From: Planctomycetota bacterium
GTDB lineage: Bacteria; Planctomycetota; MHYJ01; WSZJ01
Direction: 5' to 3'
DNA length: 56,604 nt
Assembly: GCA_021413805.1 (NCBI GenBank)
Contig: JAIOPR010000096.1
Span: 1-56,604 of the forward strand
Below are positions 1 through 9,357 of this stretch, piece after piece; positions within the stretch are counted from its first letter, which is position 1, and the number at the start of each line of letters is the position of its first letter. Made by a program: the position numbers and the translations under genes. The notes under the pieces were generated by a model. That model worked only from the letters and a program-made list of their open reading frames with translations. It was not told where the DNA came from and made no database searches.

Positions 1-91
1 CCACGGGCCGCTGGCGGGCGCGGTGCCACCACCAGAGCAGCGGAAGCGCGGCGAGCCCGGCGAAAGACCACGGGTGCGCGGCGCTCAGCAT
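1..91 (-). CDS. 5' end of a BatA-type (N-terminal double-transmembrane) protein of a MoxR/DUF58/vWA locus; continues off the left edge
   Basis: Not in ORF track (open at window edge). Minus-strand ATG at 91 overlaps the DUF58 stop (ATGCTGA). Translation MLSAAHPWSFAGLAALPLLWWWHRARQRPV resembles the hydrophobic-LPLLWW-HRxR start of BatA-like proteins that usually follow DUF58 genes. Confidence 0.4.
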   Translation of the reverse strand, partial: MLSAAHPWSFAGLAALPLLWWWHRARQRPV

Positions 92-936
92 ATCCCCTCC
101 GCCCACTCGGCCAACGGCGCGCCGGCGTGGAGCCGGACGTACGACATGCCGTGCCCGGCGCACAGGGACCGCCACCCCGCCGCGAATTCCTCGAGCGCCC
201 GCGCGTACGACGCGGCCGTCGCCTCGTCGACCAGCACCTCCCGCACTTCCCCGCTTTCCGCATCGCGAAGCCGCAGAAGCCCCGCCGGCGGCCGCGACTC
301 CTCCGCGGCCACCACATGCGCCACGGTCACCGAATGGCCGCGTTCGCGAAGCGCCACGAGCGCGGGGCCGGCGCTTTCTTCCTCGAGGAGGTCGCTGACG
401 TAAAGGAAGCGCCCGCGCCGGGTGCTGAGGAAGGACTTGGCGGCGGCGAGGCCATTGGACGGGCCTGCGGCTTCGAGCGCTTCGAGATGCCGGTCAACCT
501 CGGGAATGTCCTTCGCGCTCCCGAATCCGCGAGGCTCCAGCGGCCGGCCTTTCGCGAACGGCGCGACCTTGGCCTGGTCGCCCTGCAGAAGAGCCACGAC
601 GACGGCAGCGGCGGCGGCGCGGCGCGCGGCGAGGTGCTTGCCCCAGGGGGCCATCGAGGCCGAGACGTCCAGCAGGACCGCCAGGGTGCCCTCGACCTCC
701 TCCCGGTACTCGCGGATGTAAAGCCCTTCCGTCCGCGCGTACGCCGACCAGTCGATCAGCCGCAGATCGTCGCCCTGGGAGTACGGGCGGTGCCCCTCAA
801 ACTGGCTTCCCGCCCCTTTTTTCGCCCCCGGACGCGATCCCCCGGCCGCGCCGGGCGCGGAAGCGCGGCGGGCCGCGGCGAGCGCGGCGAGGCGGGCGAG
901 ATCGTTGGGTGAAAGCAGCATTCGAGGGTTCCCCAT
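85..936 (-). CDS. DUF58 domain protein (MoxR-associated, vWA-like)
   Basis: ORF 85..936. GDDLRLIDWSAYART motif followed by LLDVSASM, typical of DUF58. Confidence 0.8.
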   Translation of the reverse strand: MGNPRMLLSPNDLARLAALAAARRASAPGAAGGSRPGAKKGAGSQFEGHRPYSQGDDLRLIDWSAYARTEGLYIREYREEVEGTLAVLLDVSASMAPWGKHLAARRAAAAAVVVALLQGDQAKVAPFAKGRPLEPRGFGSAKDIPEVDRHLEALEAAGPSNGLAAAKSFLSTRRGRFLYVSDLLEEESAGPALVALRERGHSVTVAHVVAAEESRPPAGLLRLRDAESGEVREVLVDEATAASYARALEEFAAGWRSLCAGHGMSYVRLHAGAPLAEWAEGIC

Positions 937-995
937 TTCATCTAACGTCGTCCTCCGGCCGCAGCCCGCTTCAGCTCCATTTCAGTCCCAATTTG

Positions 996-1024
996 TTGAC
1001 GCTCCCCTACCCCCCCCATAGAAT
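996..1024 (+). promoter_or_regulatory. sigma70-type promoter candidate for the nuo block
   Basis: TTGACG (996-1001), 17-nt spacer containing a C8 run, TAGAAT (1019-1024); 42 nt upstream of the nuoA ATG. Confidence 0.5.
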
Positions 1025-1066
1025 CCCGACCCGATCCGCGTCCGGTCACTCGTCGGAAACCAAAGC

Positions 1067-1516
1067 ATGCGCTACGATTACGTCGGCGTCCTCGTCTTCC
1101 TGGTGCTGGCTGTCGGCTTCGTATTCATCGGCATGCTCGCCCAGAGGATTGTCTCAGGATTCCTGCATACCAACCGCCCGAACGCAGCCAAGCTCTCGCC
1201 CTACGAGTGCGGCGAAGAGCCCGTCGGCGGCACGTTCATCCGCTTCAACATCCGCTTCTACGTCATGGCCCTCGTTTTCATCGTGTTCGACGTGGAAGTC
1301 GTGCTGCTGTTCCCCTGGGCGCGTGTTTACCAGGAGCTCTACGCGTTTTACCGCACCGCGCTTTTCTGGGACATGCTCGTCTTCGTGGGCATCCTGGCGC
1401 TCGGCCTCGCCTACATCTGGGGCAAGGGCGACCTGGAGTGGGTGAAGACGTTCGAGAAGCACCTGTCGCCGGCGGAGAAGGTGGCGCGGCCGCACACGAA
1501 GAAGGAGGCGGCCTAG
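1067..1516 (+). CDS. nuoA: NADH-quinone oxidoreductase subunit A
   Basis: 149 aa, three TM helices, [12 protein letters not shown] motif. Confidence 0.9.
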   Translation: MRYDYVGVLVFLVLAVGFVFIGMLAQRIVSGFLHTNRPNAAKLSPYECGEEPVGGTFIRFNIRFYVMALVFIVFDVEVVLLFPWARVYQELYAFYRTALFWDMLVFVGILALGLAYIWGKGDLEWVKTFEKHLSPAEKVARPHTKKEAA

Positions 1517-2755
1517 GTGCAGTTGATCCAATTCGCGCACGGACTACTGCCCTTCCTCGCGAAGTGGCCCGACTGGGTTGTCTACCTGGCCGTGGTCTTC
1601 CTGTTCGCGTTTGCGATCCTGAACACGCTGGTGGCGCCGCTGACGGGCATTTCGACGTACATCGAGCGGCGCCTCGCGGGCCGGGCGCAGTACCGGTGGG
1701 GACCGAACCGCGTCGGCATCCGGAGCCTGCTCGCGGCGATGCCGATCACGCGCCCGATCTCGAAACTCGCCGACGTGCAGCCGTTCAAGTTCATCGGCTC
1801 GAAAATCCCCGGCGGGCTTCTCCAGTTCGCGGCCGACGGTCTTAAACTCTTCACCAAGGAAGACATCATCCCCGCGCAGGCCGACAAGATGCTGTTCCGC
1901 CTGTCGCCCTACGTCGTGATGGCGGGATCGTTCGCGGCGTTCGCGGTGTTCCCCGTGTCGTTCTGGTGCAGCGCGATCAACCTGAACATCGGCATCTTCT
2001 ACGTCCTCGGCATGAGCTCGGTCGTCGTCCCGGGGATCCTGATGGCGGGATGGGGAAGCGCAAACAAGTGGGCGCTGTTCGGCGGCATGCGCAGCGCTTC
2101 GCAGATCGTCTCCTACGAAATCCCGGTGGCGATCGCGCTGATGACGGTGGTGATGCTGGCCGGGACGATGAACATGAACGAGATCGTGGCCACGCAGCGA
2201 AGCGGGTACGGGATCGAGAAGGCCGGGTTCCTCGGCTGGTACCTTTTCCGCTACGGCGGGCTGATGATCGTCCCGTTCGTCATTTATTTCATCGGCGGGT
2301 GCGCGGAAGTCAACCGCACGCCGTTCGACCTGCCCGAAGGCGAATCCGAACTCGTGTCCGGCTACCACACCGAGTACTCGGGGTTCCGCTGGTCGTTCTT
2401 CTTCATGGCCGAGTACTCGAACATGTTCGCCGTCGGCGCCATCGCCACGACGATGTTCCTCGGCGGGCCGCTTCCCCCGTACCCCGTGCAGTTCACGGAA
2501 AGCCTGCCGATGCTGATCCGGTTCGGGGAGGGGTTCTTCTGGTTCTTTGCGAAGAGCTATTTCTTCGTGCTGGTGATGATCCACATGCGCTGGACGCTTC
2601 CCCGCTACCGCATTGACCAGCTGATGCAGCTGTGCTGGAAGGTGCTGATGCCGATCGCGCTCGTGTGGTTCGTGCTGATGTGCGGCATCAAGATGGCGCG
2701 GATGGAGATGGCGGCGCCGGCGGAAGCGCCGGTGGTGGCGGAGGTGCACAAGTGA
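1517..2755 (+). CDS. nuoH: NADH-quinone oxidoreductase subunit H
   Basis: GTG at 1517 directly follows the nuoA stop. PFDLPEGESELVSGYHTEYSGFRWSFFFMAEY signature. About 30-aa insertion after GPNRVG. Confidence 0.93.
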   Translation: MQLIQFAHGLLPFLAKWPDWVVYLAVVFLFAFAILNTLVAPLTGISTYIERRLAGRAQYRWGPNRVGIRSLLAAMPITRPISKLADVQPFKFIGSKIPGGLLQFAADGLKLFTKEDIIPAQADKMLFRLSPYVVMAGSFAAFAVFPVSFWCSAINLNIGIFYVLGMSSVVVPGILMAGWGSANKWALFGGMRSASQIVSYEIPVAIALMTVVMLAGTMNMNEIVATQRSGYGIEKAGFLGWYLFRYGGLMIVPFVIYFIGGCAEVNRTPFDLPEGESELVSGYHTEYSGFRWSFFFMAEYSNMFAVGAIATTMFLGGPLPPYPVQFTESLPMLIRFGEGFFWFFAKSYFFVLVMIHMRWTLPRYRIDQLMQLCWKVLMPIALVWFVLMCGIKMARMEMAAPAEAPVVAEVHK

Positions 2756-3288
2756 TGATGGCAGCGCTTGGAATCTCGCTTCGGGACCCGGCGGCGTGGG
2801 TCTTTCTCGCGTTTGCCGCGATGACGGTGGCGAGCGCGTTGCTCGTGGCGGTGTCGCGCAACATCATCTACAGCGCGTACTCGCTGTTGCTGACGTTTTT
2901 CGGCGTGGCGGGGCTGTACGCGTTCCTGGATGCGGACTTCCTGGCCGCGGCGCAGCTGCTGGTTTACGTCGGGGGCATCCTCGTGCTGATCCTGTTCGGC
3001 GTGATGCTCACGCACAAGATCCGGGACATCAACCTGTCGAACGAGACGACGAACCCGATTGTGGGCGCCGTCATTGCCGGGCTGCTGTTCCTCGTGCTGG
3101 CTTACGTTTCGATGCGGACGGACTGGCAGGTCGTGGACCGCGGGCCGGCGACGCCGACCACGCAGGAAATCGGCCGCGCGTTCGTCGGGAAGTACCTGCT
3201 GCCGTTCGAGGCCAGCTCCATCCTTCTCCTGGGCGCGCTGATCGGCGCCGCTTATCTCTCGCGTCACGAGAGAAAGAAGGAGGCGTGA
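2755..3288 (+). CDS. nuoJ: NADH-quinone oxidoreductase subunit J
   Basis: In-frame ATG at 2755 overlaps the nuoH TGA (TGATG); the upstream part of ORF 2632..3288 lies inside nuoH. AAAQLLVYVGGILVLILFGVML motif. Confidence 0.85.
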   Translation: MMAALGISLRDPAAWVFLAFAAMTVASALLVAVSRNIIYSAYSLLLTFFGVAGLYAFLDADFLAAAQLLVYVGGILVLILFGVMLTHKIRDINLSNETTNPIVGAVIAGLLFLVLAYVSMRTDWQVVDRGPATPTTQEIGRAFVGKYLLPFEASSILLLGALIGAAYLSRHERKKEA

Positions 3289-3698
3289 TGCCGCTCGCCG
3301 TCGCCGCCAACAACATGCCCGTCGCTTCCCTCGAGTGGTTCCTGCTCGTCGGCGCGTTCCTCTTCGCGTGCGGCATCTTCACGATCCTCACCCGCAAGAA
3401 CGCGGTCTCGGTCCTGATGGGCGTGGAGCTCGTCCTGAACGCCGCGAACGTCAACCTGGTCGCGTTTTCGCGGTTTGTGAAAGCCCCGGCGACGCTCGGC
3501 CCGGCGGGAATCGAGCTGCCCAAGGGCGTCGATCCCCACTTGGTTTACGGCGCGCCGTGGATCGGCGGCAACGTCTTCGCGGCCTTCGTCATCATCCTCG
3601 CCGCCGCGGAAGCCGCGGTGGCGCTCGGCATCATCCTGGGGATCTACCGAAACCTGGGCGACGTGGACGTTGACCAGGTGACGGGAATGAAAGGCTAA
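3288..3698 (+). CDS. nuoK: NADH-quinone oxidoreductase subunit K (elongated, 136 aa)
   Basis: ATG at 3288 overlaps the nuoJ TGA. LMGVELVLNAANVNLVAF and AAAEAAVALGI motifs. Extra loop between TM2 and TM3. Confidence 0.85.
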   Translation: MPLAVAANNMPVASLEWFLLVGAFLFACGIFTILTRKNAVSVLMGVELVLNAANVNLVAFSRFVKAPATLGPAGIELPKGVDPHLVYGAPWIGGNVFAAFVIILAAAEAAVALGIILGIYRNLGDVDVDQVTGMKG

Positions 3699-6212
3699 AT
3701 GGCGCACGGACACGACGATCACGGGCATGGAAGCGGCCACGACGCCGGGCACGGCAGCGCCGCGCCCGGGGGTCATGACGACCATGGCCATGGCGGCGGT
3801 CACGACGACCACGCGCACGGGGCGGCTGCGGCCGGCGGCCATGGCGGCGGTCACGAAACGCATTTCCAGCCCGCCGGGATGTCCCGCGGGCTCGCCGTGC
3901 TGGTCCTCGCGCTGGGCGTCGCCGGGGGGTTCTTCAGCCTCGGCGTGACGGGCCATTTCGATTTCGGCGGACGGGTCATCGACCTGAACGACCTGTTCGA
4001 CACGCCGTGGCCGGCGCTGACGGTCCTCTGCCTGCCGCTCGTCGCGGCGTTCGTGCAGATCTTCGTGGGGCGCAAGCTGCCTCGGCGGGGAGACTGGGTT
4101 TCGACGGGCGCCGTGATGGTCGGCCTCGCGATCTCGCTCATGATGTTCGGGCGGATGATCGGGATCTACGACTGGCAGTTCCAGCGCATCCACGAGATCG
4201 AGTGGATCGGCCTGTTCACGCGATCTGCGCCGGGGCAGCCCGACGTGACGAGCTTCCGGATCCCCATGGGAATCCTGATCGACAACATCACCGTGATCAT
4301 GCTCGTCGTGGTCACGCTCATCTCGACGCTCGTGCACATCTTCTCGATGGGGTACATGGTGGACGAACCGCGCTACTCGCGGTTCTACGCCTTCCTGTCG
4401 ATCTTCACGTTTTCGATGCTCGGCCTGATCCTCTGCCACAACGTGTTCGCGCTCTACATGTTCTGGGAGCTGGTCGGCCTCTCCAGCTACCTCCTGATCG
4501 GGTTCTGGTTCGAGAAGAAGTCCGCCGCGGACGCGCAGAAGAAGGCATTCCTCGCGAACCGCGTCGGCGACATCGGCATGTTCCTCGGGATCGTCACGTT
4601 CTTCTACTTCACGGGCCAGATCACCTACGCCGGCATCTTCAAGGGCGTCGCGGAAGGCGCCTTCAGCAATCACATGGGCCTGCTCACCATCGCCGGGTGC
4701 CTCCTGTTCTGCGGCGCCATCGGCAAGTCCGCGCAATTCCCGCTTCACGTCTGGCTCCCCGACGCCATGGAAGGCCCGACGCCCGTGTCAGCCCTGATCC
4801 ACGCGGCCACGATGGTCGCGGCCGGCGTCTACCTCGTGACGCGCATGTTCCCGGTCTTCACCCCGGACGCCCTGATCGTCGTCGCCTGGTTCGGCGGCAT
4901 CACCGCGATCTTCGCCGCCACCATCGCCCTCTGCGCCAACGACATCAAGAAGGTCCTCGCCTACTCCACCGTGTCCCAGCTCGGCTACATGATCATGGGC
5001 CTCGGCGCCTCGGCCTACACCAACGGGTTCTTCCACCTCTGGACCCACGCGTTCTTCAAGGCGTGCCTGTTCCTTGGCTCGGGAAGCGTCATCCACGCGG
5101 TCCACACGCAGGACATGCGGGAGATGGGCGGGCTCTGGAAGAAGATGCCGATTACGTTCGGGGCGATGCTCCTCTCGACGTTCGCGATCGCCGGCGTCCC
5201 CGGGACGAGCGGATTCACTTCCAAGGACGGCATCCTCGGCGACCTGCTCTTCGCCGCTCACCACCACGCCGCGCTCTGGCCGATCGTCGTCTTCGCCTTC
5301 GTGGGCGCCGGGCTGACGGCGTTCTACATGTTCCGCCTCATCTTCATGACCTTCACCGGCAAGCCGAAGGTGCAGGAGAAGTTTGACCACGCGCACGAGT
5401 CGCCGTGGGTGATGGCTGCCCCGCTGGTCATCCTCGGGGCGCTCGCGATCCTCTCCGACAAGGGCGGTTGGTTCCAGGAGCTTGTCGGCCCGCCGCCGTC
5501 CGCGGCGAGCGCGGCGATCCGGATGGACCTGATCGCCCACGGGCAACCGGTGGTCGAAGAAGCGAAGGAATCGGCGCACGAGGGCGGAGAGCACGAATCC
5601 GCGGAAGCGCATCCCTCGAACGAGGCCGCTTCAGCGGAAACGTCCACCAGCGCCCGGCGCCACCCCTACGAGGACCCGCTCGAGCACGAGAAACACCCCG
5701 CGCACACCACCGCGATGATCATCTCCATCTTCGTGGCGGGCTCCGGGATCTTTCTCTCGTGGCTCACCTACCAGAAGAAGGTCATCTCGGCGCCGAAGAT
5801 CGCCGCCGCCCTTCCCGGCGTCCACAACCTCCTCCTCAACAAGTACTACGTGGACGAGTTCATCACGTACTTCCTCGTGCAGCCGTTCCTGGCGCTCGCC
5901 TACGGCTGTGCCCGCTTCGATCTCAAGGTCATCGATTTCACCGTCAACGCGTGGGGATATTTCACGGTGCTCTGTTCGCGCGTCGCGGGGCTCTTCGACC
6001 AGAAAGTCGTCGACGGCACCGTGAACGGCACCGCCGACGTCGTGCAGTCCGCCGGCACCGCGCTGTCGCGGTTCCAGACCGGCCGCATCAAGACCTACCT
6101 AGCCTGGTCCGTCGCCGGCGCGCTGTTGCTCGTCGGTGGTTTCCACCTCGTCACGAACTGGAAACATGTCTTTGTCCGCCGCCCTGCCGCTGTCGTCGAA
6201 CCCGCGAAATAA
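3699..6212 (+). CDS. nuoL: NADH-quinone oxidoreductase subunit L with His-rich N-terminal extension (837 aa)
   Basis: ATG immediately follows the nuoK TAA. WLPDAMEGPTPVSALIHAATMVAAGVYL antiporter-like signature. The start is uncertain; an alternative ATG lies at 3879. Confidence 0.88.
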   Translation: MAHGHDDHGHGSGHDAGHGSAAPGGHDDHGHGGGHDDHAHGAAAAGGHGGGHETHFQPAGMSRGLAVLVLALGVAGGFFSLGVTGHFDFGGRVIDLNDLFDTPWPALTVLCLPLVAAFVQIFVGRKLPRRGDWVSTGAVMVGLAISLMMFGRMIGIYDWQFQRIHEIEWIGLFTRSAPGQPDVTSFRIPMGILIDNITVIMLVVVTLISTLVHIFSMGYMVDEPRYSRFYAFLSIFTFSMLGLILCHNVFALYMFWELVGLSSYLLIGFWFEKKSAADAQKKAFLANRVGDIGMFLGIVTFFYFTGQITYAGIFKGVAEGAFSNHMGLLTIAGCLLFCGAIGKSAQFPLHVWLPDAMEGPTPVSALIHAATMVAAGVYLVTRMFPVFTPDALIVVAWFGGITAIFAATIALCANDIKKVLAYSTVSQLGYMIMGLGASAYTNGFFHLWTHAFFKACLFLGSGSVIHAVHTQDMREMGGLWKKMPITFGAMLLSTFAIAGVPGTSGFTSKDGILGDLLFAAHHHAALWPIVVFAFVGAGLTAFYMFRLIFMTFTGKPKVQEKFDHAHESPWVMAAPLVILGALAILSDKGGWFQELVGPPPSAASAAIRMDLIAHGQPVVEEAKESAHEGGEHESAEAHPSNEAASAETSTSARRHPYEDPLEHEKHPAHTTAMIISIFVAGSGIFLSWLTYQKKVISAPKIAAALPGVHNLLLNKYYVDEFITYFLVQPFLALAYGCARFDLKVIDFTVNAWGYFTVLCSRVAGLFDQKVVDGTVNGTADVVQSAGTALSRFQTGRIKTYLAWSVAGALLLVGGFHLVTNWKHVFVRRPAAVVEPAK

Positions 6213-6227
6213 CAGGAGACCGGAAGC

Positions 6228-7757
6228 GTGAGCCACATTCTCTCGCTCATGACCTTCGTGCCGCTGGTAGGGGCGTTCATCATCCTCTGCCTGCCCAACG
6301 CGAAGCAGGAGCTTGCCAAGTGCGTCGCCGCCTGCGCGGCGGGCGTGCCGCTTTTCCTCGCCTTCTTCTTGTGGCGGGGATTCAAGACCGGCACGGCGGC
6401 GATGCAGTTCGTCGAGAAGGTGGACTGGATCCCGATGTTCAACATCCAGTACCACATGGCGATCGACGGGATCTCGGTGATCATGGTGCTGCTCACCGCG
6501 CTGATCTCGTTCATCTGCATCTTCGCGAGCTGGGAAATCAACAAGGGCGTGAAGGGCTACTTCGCGCTGTTCCTGCTGCTTGAGACGGGAATGATGGGCG
6601 TGTTCTGCGCGATGGACTTCTTCCTGTTCTACGTGTTCTGGGAAGTCATGCTCCTGCCGATGTACTTCCTGATCGGCATCTGGGGCGGCCCGCGCAAGGA
6701 GTACGCCGCGATCAAGTTCTTCATGTACACGCTGGTGGGAAGCGTGCTGATGCTGGTGGTGATGCTGGTGTTCTACTTCAACGTCACCGACCCGGCGACG
6801 GGCAAGCACACGTTCGACCTTCTCATCCTCAGGAACCAGGAAGCCCGGCACGGCGCACTGATGCTGGAGGGCGTCCGGTTCATCAGTTTCATCGCGCTCT
6901 TCATCGGGTTTGCGATCAAGGTGCCTGTCTTCCCGTTCCATACGTGGTTGCCCGACGCGCACGTCGAGGCGCCGACGGCGATCTCGGTGATCCTGGCCGG
7001 CATCCTGCTGAAGATGGGGACGTACGGGCTGATGCGGATCGCGTTCCCCTTGCTGCCCGACATGGCGAACCAGTGCGCGGTGTTCATCGGCGTGCTGGGG
7101 GTGATCAACATCGTGTACGGGGCGCTCTGCGCGATGGCGCAGGACGACCTGAAGAAGATGGTCGCGTACTCGTCGGTCAGCCACATGGGCTACTGCCTGC
7201 TGGGGCTGGGCGCCATGACGACCGCCGGGTTCAACGGGTGCATGATGCAGATGTTCGCGCACGGGTTGATCACGGCGATGCTCTTCCTTTGCGTCGGCGT
7301 CATCTACGAGCGCGTCCACCACCGCTGGATCAGCCGGTTCGGCGGGCTCGCCGGCATGGTGCCCGTCTACACCGGGTTCGTGATCTTCGCGTTTTTCGCG
7401 TCGCTCGGCCTGCCCGGGATGAGCGGGTTCATCGCCGAGGCCATGTGCTTCATCGGCGCCTGGCAGAACGGGACGCCCATCTACCAGAAGCTCACGGTGT
7501 TCGCGACGCTCGGGATTCTCCTCGGCGCCGCGTTCCACCTGTGGGCGCTTCAGCGGATGTTCCTGGGCGAGAAGAACAAGATCTACACCGAGCAGTACCA
7601 CCACGTGACCGAGATCAACGGGCGCGAGATCTTCTGCCTGGTCCCGCTCGCGATCGCGGTTGTCGTGTTCGGGGTATTCCCGAAGCCGATCCTGGACCTC
7701 ATGAATTCCTCGATATCCGAGCTCCAGGCGTTCGTCCACCACTACCCACACCCGTAA
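6228..7757 (+). CDS. nuoM: NADH-quinone oxidoreductase subunit M
   Basis: GTG start. HTWLPDAHVEAPTAISVILAGILLKMGTYG signature. Confidence 0.9.
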   Translation: MSHILSLMTFVPLVGAFIILCLPNAKQELAKCVAACAAGVPLFLAFFLWRGFKTGTAAMQFVEKVDWIPMFNIQYHMAIDGISVIMVLLTALISFICIFASWEINKGVKGYFALFLLLETGMMGVFCAMDFFLFYVFWEVMLLPMYFLIGIWGGPRKEYAAIKFFMYTLVGSVLMLVVMLVFYFNVTDPATGKHTFDLLILRNQEARHGALMLEGVRFISFIALFIGFAIKVPVFPFHTWLPDAHVEAPTAISVILAGILLKMGTYGLMRIAFPLLPDMANQCAVFIGVLGVINIVYGALCAMAQDDLKKMVAYSSVSHMGYCLLGLGAMTTAGFNGCMMQMFAHGLITAMLFLCVGVIYERVHHRWISRFGGLAGMVPVYTGFVIFAFFASLGLPGMSGFIAEAMCFIGAWQNGTPIYQKLTVFATLGILLGAAFHLWALQRMFLGEKNKIYTEQYHHVTEINGREIFCLVPLAIAVVVFGVFPKPILDLMNSSISELQAFVHHYPHP

Positions 7758-7772
7758 CAACCAGGGCCCCGC

Positions 7773-9323
7773 GTGCAACTCGGAGTTCTCGAAAACCTGT
7801 CGTTCATGACCCCTGAGGTCCTCCTCACGGTCACCCAGGGCGCCGTCGTGGCGCTGGAGGTTTGGGGGCCGAAGTACAAAAAGGGGCTCGTCGCGCGGCT
7901 GGCCGCGACGGGGCTCGGCGCTACCCTGCTCATGGTGATTTTGACGTACTTCGAGCTCGAAGCAAAGCAGCGGACGCGGGTGTTCCTGTTCGCGGACTCG
8001 TTCGTGGTGGATCCGTTCTCGATGTTCTTCAAGCTCGTTGCGGCGGTTTCGGCGTTCCTCGTCGCGATGTTCGCTTCGAAGGTGCGCAAGATCGAGGCGC
8101 AGGGGGAAGGCGAGTTCTATTCGCTTCTCCTTGTGACGACGCTCGGCGTTTTCCTGATGTCGGGGGTCACGGACCTCGTGGGCCTGGTGGTCGCGATCGA
8201 GACGCTCTCGATCCCGAGTTACGTGTTGTCCGGGTTCTACAAGCGCGACCGCGGTTCCAGCGAAGCTTCGCTGAAATACGTCCTCTTCGGCGCGACGGCG
8301 TCCGGGTCGATGGTGCTCGGCATGTCGTACCTCTACGGCCTGGCCGGCACGACGTCGTTCCAGGGAATCTCGGAAGCGATGGCCAGCGGGCGCGCGGACG
8401 TGCTGTCCACCAGCCTGATGCTCGGCCTCGTGATGATCGGTTTCGGGTTCAAGATCTCGGCGGCGCCTTTCCACATGTGGACGCCGGATGTGTACGAAGG
8501 TTCGCCGACCGCTGTCACCGCCTACCTGTCCACCGCTTCCAAGGCCGGCGGTTTCGCCGTCCTGATCCGGTTCTTCTATTCGATCCTCGCCCGCCCCGAG
8601 TCGGCCGCGAACCCGATGGGCCCGTGGCTGCCGGTCGGCGACCCGTCGTGGACGTCCCTCGTGGCCGTGATCGCCGTCATTACCATGACGATCGGGAACC
8701 TCGCGGCGTACCGGCAGACGAACGTCAAGCGCCTCCTCGCCTACTCATCGATCGCCCACGCCGGTTACATCCTCCTCGGGTTCGTCACCCTGAGCGGCCT
8801 CGGCATCATGTCCATGCTCTTCTACATCGCCGTCTACGTGTTCATGAACCTCGGCGCCTTCCTTTCCGTCATCGCCGTCACCGAGGCGGGCGGGGGCGAA
8901 GAGCTTTCCGACTTCCGCGGGCTGGGCTGGCGTTCGCCGTTCCTGGGCATGGCGATGGCCGCGTTCCTGTTCTCGCTCACGGGCCTGCCGCCGCTCGCCG
9001 GGTTCATCGGCAAGTTCTACCTGTTCGCCGCGCTCGTGAACCAGGGGTGGATCTGGCTCGCCGTGATCGCCGCGCTGAACAGCGCCGTGTCCCTCTACTA
9101 CTACGTCAAGGTCGTCAAGACGATGTACCTCGAGGGAATCCCGCGCCACCAGGGCGACGTCGTTCCCCTGCGCATCGGCACCCATTTCTCAATCCTGCTT
9201 TTCATCTGCCTCGTCCCCACGATCGTGTTCGGCATCTACTGGCAGCCGCTTCAGCGGCTCGCCGAGTGGAGTGTCGGGGTGAGCGCGCCCGTGGAGGCGC
9301 CCAAGGCGACGGCCGGGAAGTAG
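7773..9323 (+). CDS. nuoN: NADH-quinone oxidoreductase subunit N
   Basis: FHMWTPDVYEGSPTAVTAYLSTASKAGGF signature; about 14 TM helices. Confidence 0.88.
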   Translation: MQLGVLENLSFMTPEVLLTVTQGAVVALEVWGPKYKKGLVARLAATGLGATLLMVILTYFELEAKQRTRVFLFADSFVVDPFSMFFKLVAAVSAFLVAMFASKVRKIEAQGEGEFYSLLLVTTLGVFLMSGVTDLVGLVVAIETLSIPSYVLSGFYKRDRGSSEASLKYVLFGATASGSMVLGMSYLYGLAGTTSFQGISEAMASGRADVLSTSLMLGLVMIGFGFKISAAPFHMWTPDVYEGSPTAVTAYLSTASKAGGFAVLIRFFYSILARPESAANPMGPWLPVGDPSWTSLVAVIAVITMTIGNLAAYRQTNVKRLLAYSSIAHAGYILLGFVTLSGLGIMSMLFYIAVYVFMNLGAFLSVIAVTEAGGGEELSDFRGLGWRSPFLGMAMAAFLFSLTGLPPLAGFIGKFYLFAALVNQGWIWLAVIAALNSAVSLYYYVKVVKTMYLEGIPRHQGDVVPLRIGTHFSILLFICLVPTIVFGIYWQPLQRLAEWSVGVSAPVEAPKATAGK

Positions 9324-9357
9324 CGAAAAGTCGGCCGGCGTCTGGGGGCGAAAAGGC

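Noticed and set aside
3699-3878. His-rich tract as an artefact of an over-extended nuoL start
   Set aside because: Not rejected outright. The alternative ATG at 3879 (MSRGLAVLVL..) is plausible, but the ATG at 3699 directly abuts the nuoK stop like every other junction in the block, and the tract keeps GC3-rich codons. I therefore kept the long form and flagged the uncertainty.
6099-8474. 791-aa minus-strand ORF, and similar long ORFs such as 3264..4748, 1544..2749, 10555..12102, 12008..13240, 17050..19047, 27874..29850, 33246..34304, 35948..37450, 49207..50805, 50842..51861, 51952..53175 and 53806..55308
   Set aside because: All lie antisense to, or in alternative frames of, genes with strong family signatures (nuo, kinase, radical SAM, rtcB, pfa and others). 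Their translations are Arg/Pro/Gly/His-rich without motifs. Long stop-free shadow frames are expected in DNA this GC-rich.
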